A stretch of 64,000 nucleotides of DNA from NCBI GenBank assembly GCA_026936335.1, contig JAPMXV010000033.1:124001-188000 (forward strand), in the 5' to 3' direction. The position numbers were made by a program, and so were the translations under genes. The stretch comes from Mantamonas sphyraenae STR306. Lineage: Eukaryota; Protista; CRuMs. The notes below the pieces were generated by a model. That model did not search any database, was not told where the DNA came from, and was given only the letters and a program-made list of their open reading frames with translations. Of the stretch, positions 37,428 through 48,335 are shown in pieces. How positions within the stretch are numbered: the first letter of the stretch is position 1; each line of letters starts with the position of its first letter.

Positions 37428-37613
37428 TGTATTGCTGTGCGCTGCGCGCTGTGCACACGTTCCCACAAAGTCAAGAAAAACTCGCTCTCCTAGAAACGTG
37501 ATTCCTGTGGCAGCGTTAGCGTATTACGCCGGTCCTAGATAAGTACCAGTCGTTGTCGATGATGGTCAGTTGTCGTTGTCGTCGTCGTCCTTGTGGATTC
37601 GCTGCAGGCCAGC
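37428..37613 (-). ncRNA. Putative omegaRNA of element 2 (scaffold 37613-37448 + guide running into the AHI1 upstream region)
   Basis: Minus strand GCTGgccTGCAGCGaaTCCACAAGG pairs with CTTTGTGGGaaCGTgTGCACAGC ~130 nt downstream. Inner hairpins GGCGT-aat-ACGCT and TCTAGGA/TTCTAGG. Uses several G-U pairs, so weaker than element 1. Confidence 0.5.
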
Positions 37614-40600
37614 TGGTCGTCTTCCTTGCGTGAGGAGGCACACGGCCAAGATCGCGATATTGAGCAGAGCGTTGACATCTCGATTGATGACTCGCATGCT
37701 GTGGGCCCCTGCACACGCCTGAACCGCTGCACGTGCCCCTGCCGTGGCACTGCGACACCCGTGTTGAGCGCAACACTCTTTGCAACCAACCCAGCGTCCC
37801 ATCGATTTCTTCGTGCTGCCCAAGGCATGGCAGTACTGAACTTCTCCATGGCACCGTGAGTGGTTCTTCGTGGTGTTGTACTCGGAAACAATGAGCACCA
37901 GGGTGTGCAATGCAAGCTTCGAGGTCCAGGAGGTGAAGTTGCCTCCCGTCCAGGTTTGTGGCCCCGCCACCGTCAGCACATGCTTCCTGTGCAACTTCTT
38001 TGCATATGACTTTGCCGCCGTGTAGCATCGCTGAGCCTGCGCATTCTTGCAGCGAGCTGATTGAGCCCTGGATGCTGGCGTGTGTTCGTCGTTCGTGCGC
38101 TTGTGTCCACGTCGTTGCACCAACTCTCCCCTGTGCGAGGTAGTGGACACGCGCACGAGCGTACCGTACACACGTGAACCTCGTCGGAACTCGGGCTCAG
38201 CAGAAGGGGCAAAGAGCGCTGCATGGTTCTTGGTTTTACCGCCGTCAAGGATCAGCATCACCGCATCGTTCAGCCATGCCTTTGGGGTCTTGCGGAACAG
38301 CACCTGTCTCTCAAACAGCGCTCCCTTTGGAGCAAGTGCATGCTCTCGGGGAAGTGTGTTGAGGATATCAGTCACGTGTACGGCGCTGTGGCCGCAAAGA
38401 CGCAGCAGGCGTCCCGTTCGTTTCCTTCCCAGCACGCGCACAGATGCTGTCAGGATGACAGCGGCGTTGTGTGACTTTTTCAGAAAAGGCAGCAGGTACG
38501 CGATGCTGCGTTGTGAGGGCTCGAAGAGCTCGTCAAAGAAAAAGCAGCCGCGTACCTTGGAGTCCAGGTACGGTTCCACGCGGCTCAGGAGGGACAACAA
38601 CGGTGCCTGCTTGTGACGGCAGTACTTCCACGTGCCCATGTGTCGCGCAGCACTGCCCCAATAGCCAGACAGCTGGCTGGGAGACGCAGAAAGCAAATCC
38701 GGTGTGAAGATGAGCGACACAAGGGGTGGTTGTGTCGTCCTCGCACGATGCTGAGCGAGGCTGTTACATGATAACCATGCCTCAACGAGCGTTTGCAAGT
38801 AGTCGATGTTGGCACACAGCGTGTCCTTCTCTTGCATGACAATCTGGTGCAGCTCACCGGGATTGTCCGCATCTTTTGCCCAGGCCTGAAGGTTCTCCAC
38901 GGTGGCGTTTCCGGTGCTCTTCCATGTGCGGAGGATGTTCCAGTAGTCTGTCGGCGTGTACATGACCTGCGCCTCTGGGTTGACCTGTCGTGGCAGGTTC
39001 AGCTCTTCATCTTCCTTCAAATTTTTCTGAGCATGCACAAGGTCTTTCACGTCGCCATCCGCATACAGATGGTCGGCGGTGAAGCGAATTGTCTTCAACG
39101 CCTGCAGGGCTGCCACTGTCGGAGCCTCGGTGTCTGAATCTGCCTCGGTGTCTGAATCTGCCGCGGCTCCATCAGATGTGCCTGTGGCTGAGGATGAGGA
39201 TGAGGATGAGGATGAGGATGAGGATGAGGATGAGGATGAGGATGAGGATGAGGATGAGGATGAGGATGAGGATGAGGATGAGGATGAGGATGAGGATGAG
39301 GATGAGGACGATGAGGCGGAGGCGGAGGAAACAACTGGGGAGCCGTCTGAATCAAAAATCTGTGTCAGATTAAGATCTTTCAGACGCTTGCGCACCATAG
39401 CGGCAGACCTTGGCTTAGTGGTTTTCTTGTCGTTGTCGTTGAGGTAGTCTGCAATCACCTGGCTCGCTGCCTCCACGTCCAAGCAAGTGACTTCTAATGG
39501 CAATAGTGCCTGAAGGGCGCATCCGCGCGCCGCATGCTCGACCAGCACCTTCATGCCCTGCGCACAGCTCGCTCCGTGTTTGCCGACTGCAGCCAAACCG
39601 CGCTTGGTGCTCTCGTCCAAGGCTTCCACCAACAACACACAACCAGCAGCGGCTGGGTCATCCACAAAATGGATCGCAGACGGAATCTTCTTGAACGACC
39701 AGTTCTCGTTCGAACTCCACCCTGCACGTCCTGCGGCCTGCACGTCAAGCACCAACACCTGGCCATCGTGGCTCTGTGCCAGCGCGTTCGCAACACCGCT
39801 CGTCAACTTGGTTAATAGCAAAGTCCAAAGCGGCGAATCGACGGCAACCCCCGATCCTGCGACTCCAGCTCGTGATGAACGCTTCTTTGGAACAGAGCGA
39901 ATGGCGTCCTGCAGGAGATAAGGAAGAAGACGCACAAATGCGTTCAACATCACCAGTGTTGCACTCGCAAACGCGTGTGTTGCAGCCGAGAGCTCCGCAA
40001 CAACGCCCTTCGTCTCTTCCGACCATTCAGCGCCCTTGCTGCTGGCGACATCGGCCTTCAGAGGGATGATGGAGACGTCCGAGTCCACCAGACCACACAG
40101 GTGATCCGGTGCCGTCTTTGTGTCCAATGCACCGACCTCTGCAAAGGCAGCGAGCACGTCTTTGGAGCCGATTTTGGAAAGGCGGCGGGCAAACAATGCA
40201 AGCGTGTCTGCTTCAAGGGTTCGCAGACCCTCCTCGCGCTTCTCGCTGGCGCTCATGCGACGCTGCTTTCTGTACAACAGCGAGTGGTACAGAGGTAGCA
40301 GGCCATGGCCACGTGCGTTTGCTTTGAGCCGCTTGCGCGTGGCCTTGTCCAACTTGGCTGTGTACATCTTGTCGCGGAGCAACAGGGCCTGTTCAATGAG
40401 GTCAGCGTCGACTGTGTCCCAGTAGTTGGCCATGCTAACGCAAAAGGCGCTTGAAACGACGTCGTCGCCGCACTCAAGTTCCATCACGCAAACGTGCGTC
40501 AGCCGGGTCGACTTGATCGTAATCCTCACTTGCAGGCTTACTGAAGCTTTGAGACGCTCCAACAGGTGCCTGGCCTCCTCTGCGACCCCTTGGGCGTCCC

Positions 40601-42633
40601 CAAGCACGGTGCATGTGTGCGTGGGAGAGCGGTTGTCGCCTTGAGGCGTGTCTCCCACCACAAACTCGACACCACCGCCTGCGTCCTGGGCATCGATGTG
40701 TGCATCTTCCAGATCCAGAAGCACATCATACGCGTTGTTCAACACCATCAGTGTCTTCCGTGCCCTCCCAGTCTTCCTGTGGTTCCTTGTATCCAGCCCA
40801 CTGACCCCGTGAAAACGCTTGGGCTCCTCGCCATCGACGATCACAACATCCAACACATTCCCACTCTCATCCACAACGACAGAGAAGGCTTGTCGGACGA
40901 GTACGTAGGTCAGTTGGCGCTTCGCGTTGGAGAACGTTGCCCAGGAATCGATCAGATGAGCGGTCGAGTCTTTCCGCAGGCTCTGCGTGAAGAAGGACAC
41001 AAAAGCCCGGACCATGGCACCCTTGTCGCCCTTGCTTTGGTCCACCATCAGCTGATACACACCCTTCAAATGGGCGGCGTTGGGCTTGAGTGTTTGGTTT
41101 TGGAGTCGCTCGCTCTTCCGTTGCTTGCAAAGCACACTCACCCAAGGAGAGCCCATGTACACTGCACTGTCATACAGATCATACTCGAGCAGTCGCTTCG
41201 ATGCTGCAGTCAAGCCTTTGTAGTCGGCAAGCAGCTTGCTCTCCCTCACCGTGAATGACTTCGACACGTGTTCGATCAGCTGCTTGAGAGAGTCGATGTG
41301 AACGACAGAGAGATCGTTGCCTGTGCTCGGGGGCTCGAAGCCCGTCGGTACGATAAGCTGTGTGCCCGCAACGCCGCACGCCTTGGATAGGAGATTGGAG
41401 TACCTCGCCAGGAGAGGGTTGCGCAAGGGAATACCGTCGCGCTTCCCGGTGAGCAGAGCGAAGGTGTTGAGCTTGTACCTGGTCAACTGGGTCACCTCGT
41501 ATGCCCTTTGCGGTGCTGTGGGATGCACGCTCCAAAATGACTTTGCGATGTCTGGCGCCAAACGAGCCACATCAGAGTCGGTATGGACAAATACGTGTTG
41601 ATAATGGCCATAATGAGCGGAGAAGAATTCAGACATAGCCTGCTCGGCTTCCAAAGAGTCCAGCTCTTTGGGTGCGGGTGACAAAAACACTCCAGTGGTC
41701 GCCTGCTCCGTTGCCGCCCAGTCGTGCTCCTGGATGGACTGAGAAAGGTACTCGTGCAAGTAGCCATACGTCAGGTACGACCTGCATTGCCACAGCATTT
41801 CCTGGGTGGAGGATGGGTGTGAGCGAGGAAATTGGAGAGAACATGGGCAAAATTTCAGTACCTCATAGCTGGGCGGCTTCTTGCTTGATGCGGAGCGGCT
41901 CATATGCCTCAACAGATCCTGGACATGCACCTTGTCCTTGAAGTGGGTTTGCATGCCTGCAAAGTCTTCGGGGGCAGCGTGGTGATCCATGAACAGCAGC
42001 ACAGCCGCCGTGACACCCAGAGCTTCCAGTTCCGTCTGCAACGCGGTCAACTCCCATGCGACTTTGTCGGCCTTGGCCTTGATGTGCGTGCGCACTTGCT
42101 CTTGTGTTTTCTCCTCCAGGTTTGCGTGCAGCCAAATACTCTTGTCTGTGGATGGAGGGGCGGAAAATGCGCAGCGGCGTCAGTTTGCCCGTTGTGTTAT
42201 GGCGCCAGCCAGTCGCTGAACCCTTACACAGGACACCACCATCCACGGAGACCACCACCATGTCTCCTCCCGGGTCGACAACCTCGGAAATCCTGCTTGC
42301 CAGGGCAGGGGCGTTCAATGAATGGCTCGGTGACGCTTGCTCGGTATGCTCGGTACTCGGCAGGTCGCCAGTCTCCTCTCCAGCCATTTTGCGCATGTGT
42401 TTGAGCAGCACTGCCTTGCTGGGGCGCCACACCTTGTTTGTTTGGTTAGTGGCGTCCATCGTAACCTCGACAACCGCTTGTGCGTCACCATCAAACGCAG
42501 TCACAACCTGAAGCACGCTGGGCGGTAAGTCGTCCACACGAACCGATCTGGCAGCAACGACGTCCTGCTGCCCTAAGATGGATTCAACAATGTCATTCTG
42601 TACAGCGTCATCGTCGCTGCTGGATGATGACAT
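37566..42633 (-). CDS. Giant intact Fanzor/TnpB-like nuclease, 1,661 aa, with one intron (42227-42146)
   Basis: Intron GTAAGG...CTGAC...CCACAG joins GGVL|YKSIWLH in frame. RuvC-I MLILDGG, RuvC-II IVSEYNTTKNHSRC, GCKEC, RuvC-III NRDVNALLNI...GRRPAGLQR. Confidence 0.88.
39189..39307. repeat. (GATGAG)n microsatellite, ~20 units, encoding poly-Ser within the element-2 protein
   Basis: Perfect hexamer array read directly. Confidence 0.95.
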
Positions 42634-42875
42634 TGTGTTTGATGCGACTCCGCGCAGCAGGCAGCTTTTGACGTCCACGTGACAAGATCATAACAGTGGC
42701 GAGGTCTGCCCGTAGCATGCTGATCTCCGCTTTCCCGACGTGGGCATGTGACTGTTTGTGATGGCTTCTGGTGTGGAGTTTGTTTGAAAATTTCGCTGTG
42801 CACAGAGCGCTGACGTTCACAATATGCCATCCCCATGGACATGCAACATGAACAGATCCACACAATGGTGACTCA

Positions 42876-44249
42876 TCATGCGGTCAGGGTCCCATTGATG
42901 AAGGAGGTGATGAGGGTGAACGTTGCTTGCGGCTTGTAGGTTGCAGCCATGTGCCCCGAACCCTTGATGGTGGCGTAGGTGAGCGATGCCTGCTTGTTGG
43001 GAGTGTCAAAGACCTTGTAGAAGCCAGCCAGCTGGCCACCCGCCTGGTAGTTGCGCCATGGCTTGCGCACCTTCATGCCCAGTGCATCGATGGCCGCTTG
43101 TGTGCCGGCGTAGGGCACACACGAGTCGACGTCGCCGGAAAAGACGAGGATGTGCAGTGGGTGCGTTGCTAGCCGTTCGTAGATGGGCAGCATCGTGCTT
43201 GCGTAGCCACTGTACTGGAGGGTGTCGCTGCAGACATCCCACGTGGCATTGCCCGCAAGTCCCAGGGCACGCTGCAATGCAGGTTGATTCATGTACTTCA
43301 CCTCGTTGATGAGATCGATGCAGGGCACAAACGTCTGCGACACGGGACGAGAGTCCGTGGCGGGAGAGCCCACAAACACTTGCTCCGCCATCTGTTGGGT
43401 GAGACAGCCACCGTTGTCACTGGGACGTGCGTTGCACTGCGCATAGATGTTGTACGGGTTGAGGTTGCCCAACTGGGAGCGCATCTCGTCGATGATGGAG
43501 GCACAGGCAGGCGACGGGTTTGCAAAGTTGCCCCCGCACACAACATCCGCCTCCGCCCACGTCTCATCACTCACCAACGCATGGGAATGCATGAAAGGCC
43601 AGTAATTGTTGTAATCCGAGTAATGGTCGGTGCTGGGGTTGCCCGCAAGCATGCCTCGCAGCGGAGGCGATGCACTGCTGTTCACCAGCAAATCCATCAA
43701 TTGCGGCACGTAGTGTCCCGCGTACGATTCACCGGCAATCCAATAGCCGCCTTTGAACTGATTGAACAGTTTGTGGAACCCAACCACAAAGCCAAAGTTG
43801 TCCTGGGCTGTGGAGGCGTCTGTGGCTTGGCACTTGCCGGTCAGATCCTCACTGAAGCCCACACAGATGGGTGCTTCCACGTACACCATGTTGACTTGCT
43901 TGTGCCATGAGTACTCACGCAGGCCCAGCTTCAGGTCGGGTCCTTTCACGTACACGGGGCCGTGTTCGGTCAGCAGGGCAAAGAGGGAAGAGCAGCCGGG
44001 GCCGCCGGAAAACCACACCACCACGTCTTTGTTCATGGCGTCACTCTCCGCCTCGACAAACCAGAAGAACAGAGAGTGTTCATCGGTGACGTTGATGAAA
44101 CCCGTCCAGCTGGTGAAGGGCAGGGAGCCGTCAAACCCGGGCAGGGAGACGACACGGCCAGCAGAATCAGCACGGGCCACCGGCACTTGCGTGGACAGCA
44201 CCAGGGCTGCAGCCAACACGAGACACGTCACACACACCGCAACACGCAT
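42876..44249 (-). CDS. Serine carboxypeptidase S10 (secreted)
   Basis: Signal peptide, WFSGGPGCSS, GESYAGHYVP, SGDVD and GSGHM. Confidence 0.95.
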   Translation of the reverse strand: MRVAVCVTCLVLAAALVLSTQVPVARADSAGRVVSLPGFDGSLPFTSWTGFINVTDEHSLFFWFVEAESDAMNKDVVVWFSGGPGCSSLFALLTEHGPVYVKGPDLKLGLREYSWHKQVNMVYVEAPICVGFSEDLTGKCQATDASTAQDNFGFVVGFHKLFNQFKGGYWIAGESYAGHYVPQLMDLLVNSSASPPLRGMLAGNPSTDHYSDYNNYWPFMHSHALVSDETWAEADVVCGGNFANPSPACASIIDEMRSQLGNLNPYNIYAQCNARPSDNGGCLTQQMAEQVFVGSPATDSRPVSQTFVPCIDLINEVKYMNQPALQRALGLAGNATWDVCSDTLQYSGYASTMLPIYERLATHPLHILVFSGDVDSCVPYAGTQAAIDALGMKVRKPWRNYQAGGQLAGFYKVFDTPNKQASLTYATIKGSGHMAATYKPQATFTLITSFINGTLTA

Positions 44250-44380
44250 TGTCGTCACCGTCACCAAGGAGGGGTGGGAAATGCACGGGTTGTGGGGTGG
44301 GTGGATGGATGATTTGGATGGGTTGGGGGGGGGGGGAAGCGTGCGGGGGCGGCAGGCGAACCAAACCCACTGTGACAAAA

Positions 44381-46291
44381 ATGGCCTTTTGGAGAGGGCT
44401 TGTGCTCACACTGCAGATGCTTGTGTTTGTGCTGCTCAAGTTGCCCTGGTATGTGTGTGTGCACGTGTGGCACGCAATGACGGTGGGGGTGCACGCGTCG
44501 GCGACGAACAACGTGTTCTGGACGGGCAACTATGCACCCGTGCAAGGCGAATGCACCCTGGACAGCTTGGAGACGGTGGAGGGGGAGATCCCACACGAGT
44601 TGAGTGGCCAATTGGTGCGCAATGGGCCCAATCCGCGCTTTCCTGGTTCCCGCCACAGCCACTGGTTTGACGGAGACGGAATGCTCCACGCCGTCACCCT
44701 GCACGCAGGCACAGCAAGGTACCACAGCAAGTGGGTGGCCACAGACAAGCTGCGTGCAGACCTGCGTCGTGGTCGTGCCGAACTCTTCCGTTTTGGGTTT
44801 GGGGCCGCGGTGAACCACACCTGGTGTGCCGTGGTTGCCCTGGCCAGTGTCCTGAAGGGCATTCTTCGCCGTTTGCGTCTCTTGCCACCCACCACCGCCA
44901 TGTCTGCCGCCAACATCAATGTGTTGGCCTACGCAGGGCGTCTGTGGGCCCTGGGCGACTCTGGATTGCCTGTGCGTGTGCAACCGTGGACGCTGGAGAC
45001 CCTGGAGGCTGATGGCGCCGGCACCACCGGGGTGGGTGCCAGCAGTTTGGGCTCCCAACCCAAAGTGGATCCTGTGACGGGCCACCTATTTGCCGTGTCG
45101 TATCGGTTTGTGGGCAAACCGTATGCCACGTACCATGTGGTGTCGCCTTGTCAGGAGGAGGAGCTGGAGGAGCAGGAGGAGGCAGGAGGAGGGGTGATGA
45201 GGGTGGGGTCTCCTGCAGTGACGTCGCAACGTCTCAATCTGCGTGCACCTGCCCTCTTGCATGACTTTGCCCTTACTGAATCCTACGCGGTGTTTCTGGA
45301 GTGTCCGTTGACGTTTCGATTGGCACGTGTGCTGGACGGACAGCCGCCGGTGGCGTTTGAACGACGGCGGCCGCTGCACGTGGGTGTGGTGCCACGCCAC
45401 AGCTTGGACATCAACAAAGACATGATGTGGTTCCAGGCCAAGGCAGGCTTTGCCATGCACACTGCCAACGCCTGGCAGGAGGATGAGGAGGTGGTGGTGG
45501 TGGGCACACGCAGTCGCACCACCACAGCCCTGACAGACACGGTGGGTGTACGTCGCACCACTCCAGGAGGCGGTGGTGGTGGCACTGGTGGCACACGCAG
45601 GGTGCCGTCGGGACGACACGTGGAGAACTTTGAACGGGAGTTGCCCCATCTGTATGAATGGCGCATGAATCTGAAAACGAGGAGGACGAGCGAACGGGAG
45701 TTGGACTTTCGCCACGCCTGCGAGTTTCCCATTGTGAACAAGGCGATGTTGGGCAGGCCACAACGCTACGTGTATGCCAGCGTGTACAGCGAACACATCA
45801 TGCGTCCGGGCGAGTTTACAGGCGTGATGAAGTTTGACCTGGATGTGGACGAGGTGGTGGGTGCCCACGTGTATCCGGAAGGCTGGGTGGGCGGCGCCTG
45901 CACCTTTGTGCCCGCATCGGGGGCGGGCACAAGTGACAGGCTCCATGCTGAGGGGGGACTCGCAACGCAGGCAACACACAATGGCACCAACCACACCGAT
46001 GATGATGAGGAGGAGGATGAACTGGAAGAGGATGCGGGCTATCTGGTGACACTGCTTGTGCACCTGGAAACCAACGAGTCGCAGCTGCTGATTCTGGACG
46101 CCGGGGATTTGGGAAGGGTGGTGTGTCGACTGCACATCCCCACACGTATCCCCACGGGTCTGAACATGCAGTGGATAGACCATACCGAGCTGCCTGGATT
46201 TGATCAGGCGCTTGCTCGCTGGCAGGAGGAAGCTGCAGAAGCAGCAGCAGCCGCAGTGACAGCCTCGTCAGAGGAGGGTGTCACACAGTGA
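44381..46291 (+). CDS. Carotenoid oxygenase (RPE65/CCD family)-like protein with degenerate iron ligands
   Basis: GNYAPV, VEGEIP, RNGPNP, HWFDGDGMLH, LLHDFALTE, MHTANAW, EFP.VN and EDAGYL. Confidence 0.9.
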   Translation: MAFWRGLVLTLQMLVFVLLKLPWYVCVHVWHAMTVGVHASATNNVFWTGNYAPVQGECTLDSLETVEGEIPHELSGQLVRNGPNPRFPGSRHSHWFDGDGMLHAVTLHAGTARYHSKWVATDKLRADLRRGRAELFRFGFGAAVNHTWCAVVALASVLKGILRRLRLLPPTTAMSAANINVLAYAGRLWALGDSGLPVRVQPWTLETLEADGAGTTGVGASSLGSQPKVDPVTGHLFAVSYRFVGKPYATYHVVSPCQEEELEEQEEAGGGVMRVGSPAVTSQRLNLRAPALLHDFALTESYAVFLECPLTFRLARVLDGQPPVAFERRRPLHVGVVPRHSLDINKDMMWFQAKAGFAMHTANAWQEDEEVVVVGTRSRTTTALTDTVGVRRTTPGGGGGGTGGTRRVPSGRHVENFERELPHLYEWRMNLKTRRTSERELDFRHACEFPIVNKAMLGRPQRYVYASVYSEHIMRPGEFTGVMKFDLDVDEVVGAHVYPEGWVGGACTFVPASGAGTSDRLHAEGGLATQATHNGTNHTDDDEEEDELEEDAGYLVTLLVHLETNESQLLILDAGDLGRVVCRLHIPTRIPTGLNMQWIDHTELPGFDQALARWQEEAAEAAAAAVTASSEEGVTQ

Positions 46292-46428
46292 AGCAATGGA
46301 GTGTGGATCTCTCTCTCTCTCTCTCCTCTGTGTGTGTGTGTGTGTGTGTGTGGATGAAATGAACGATGAAGGCACGCGCAGTCATCGGCATCGAATCGAA
46401 ACTACTGGAACCGAGTGCCACACACACA

Positions 46429-46799
46429 ATGTCGGACCAGGCTGCGCTTAGGAAGAAAATCATCGAGGTGCAGAAGGACAAGAGTCTGTCTGCGAGTGAA
46501 AAGGCAAAAGCCATCCAGGTGAGTGGGGGTGGGGGTGGGGGTGGTGGGGGAGGGGCGAATTGAGCGGGTTTGGGGCATTCTTGGAAGACACAGGGCCGGG
46601 ACCTGACACAAACACACCCCTCGTGGGCACGGCACACAGCAACTGATGATGGGCACGTTTCGGGAACGGCAAGCGGCAAGGGAGGAGGAGGAGAAGGAGC
46701 AGCAGGAGCATGTGGACCAGGAAGCCACAAGTGTCAGCTACCACGTAAGTTGCTGCGGGCTGGAAGGACGGACTGCTTTGCCATCGCCCCCACCCGCGA

Positions 46800-46836
<37 letters not shown>

Positions 46837-48245
46837 GATGGGTGATGGGACAGGACGAGAGGCGCAAGATCTATGGGTGTGAACACTACGCACGGCCGGT
46901 GAAGCTGCAGGCGCCGTGTTGCCAAACGTGGAACGTGTGCCGGTTGTGCCACGACGCGGTGCACACGGATCACCAGATCGACCGGCACGCTGTGGAAACC
47001 ATGATTTGCATGTTTTGCAAAACGGTGCAGCCGTTTGGACAGTACTGCAACAATATCATGTGCATCAGCGCAGACGAAGTGAAGGCCCAGAACGAGCGTA
47101 TTGAGCACGAACGTGCGTTGGAAGCGGCGTACCAGAAGCAGCGTGCTGCACACGAGGCACGATTGGCCGAACAACAGGGCATGCTGGACCAGGACGGGGA
47201 ACATGGATATGGTGATGAGGATGAGGATGAGGATGACGACGAAGACGCAGATGCACCTGCATACACGTTTATGCTGCCGGACTTTATCGATGCACTGCGT
47301 GGTCAGGGAGAGGAGGAGGATGAGGAGGAGGAGGAGGAAGAGGAGGGGATTGAGGAGGAGCGAGAAGACGATGGGGTCACTGTGGAGGTGGAGCAGCAGC
47401 AACAGCCACAGGAAGATGATGGTGATAGGATGGAAGAGGAGGAGGAGGAGGTAGGGAAGACGGAAGACGGAAACGACACACTGGAAGTGGATGAGACGGC
47501 ACACGCATCGTCATCGTCATCGTCATCGTCATCATCATCATCATCATCCTCCTCCTCCTCATCATCATCATCATCTGGTGAAAAGACTGGCAGCAAGCAC
47601 GGGCAGCAACACGAGGTGCACGCGAGTGCACACCGGCGGCTGGGCAGGTATGTGTGCATGGTGTGCAAGTACCTGGACGACGCACCGTATGAAGCGAAGC
47701 AGGTGTTCCACTGTGGGGCGTGTGGCATCTGCAGGGTGGGTCACAAAGAGGAGTACCAGCACTGCAACACCTGCTGCGGCTGTCTGTACAAAGACACCTT
47801 CAAGTCGCACAAGTGCATCGAACAACGCCTCGCAAGCAATTGTCCACTGTGCATGGAGCCCATGTTCTCCTCGCGCAAGGACGTGAGCATGCTCAAGTGC
47901 GGTCATTGCATCCACAGGGACTGCCTGGGCGAGTATGCACGCACAGAGTACACCTGTCCCATCTGCTCCAAGAGTATGTTTGACATGCGCGCAAGCTTTG
48001 CCCAGCTCGACGCCATGATGGCCAACGTGCAAATGCCCGACGAGTACCGCGACACCGTGGCACGCATCCTCTGCAACGACTGCGAAGCCCAGAGCGACGT
48101 CCCGTTCCAGTATGTGTACCACAAGTGTCCCCAGGAAGGATGTGGTTCCTACAACACGCGAGTCATCGGCACTGAGAACATGCCCGTGTACATCAACGGG
48201 GAACTCGTCGATGCCCAAGGGGACAGCGAGGGACCAGGCCCGTGA
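46429..48245 (+). CDS. RCHY1: RING and CHY zinc-finger E3 ligase (Pirh2/RCHY1-like), 3 exons
   Basis: GCEHY..., APCC...CRLCHD, FHC..CGICRVG, HKCIE, RING CPLC...CGHCIH..C...CPICSKS and ILCNDC...YHKC..CGSYNT. Confidence 0.92.
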
Positions 48246-48335
48246 TCCCATGGAGGAGGAGATGTGAAGATGAAGAGAGAGAGAGACACACACACACACA
48301 AACACACACCAATGCACAATTAGAGCAAACCCAAA

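Larger units (their letters stand above)
37448..42870 (-). mobile_element. Fanzor-type element 2 (~5.4 kb, ends approximate; no recognisable transposase)
   Basis: Single giant RuvC gene between the S10 peptidase stop and the AHI1 start. Confidence 0.65.

Noticed and set aside
39079-39447. Poly-DE / poly-MR / poly-HP ORFs
   Set aside because: Alternative frames of the (GATGAG)n tract lying in the element-2 gene.
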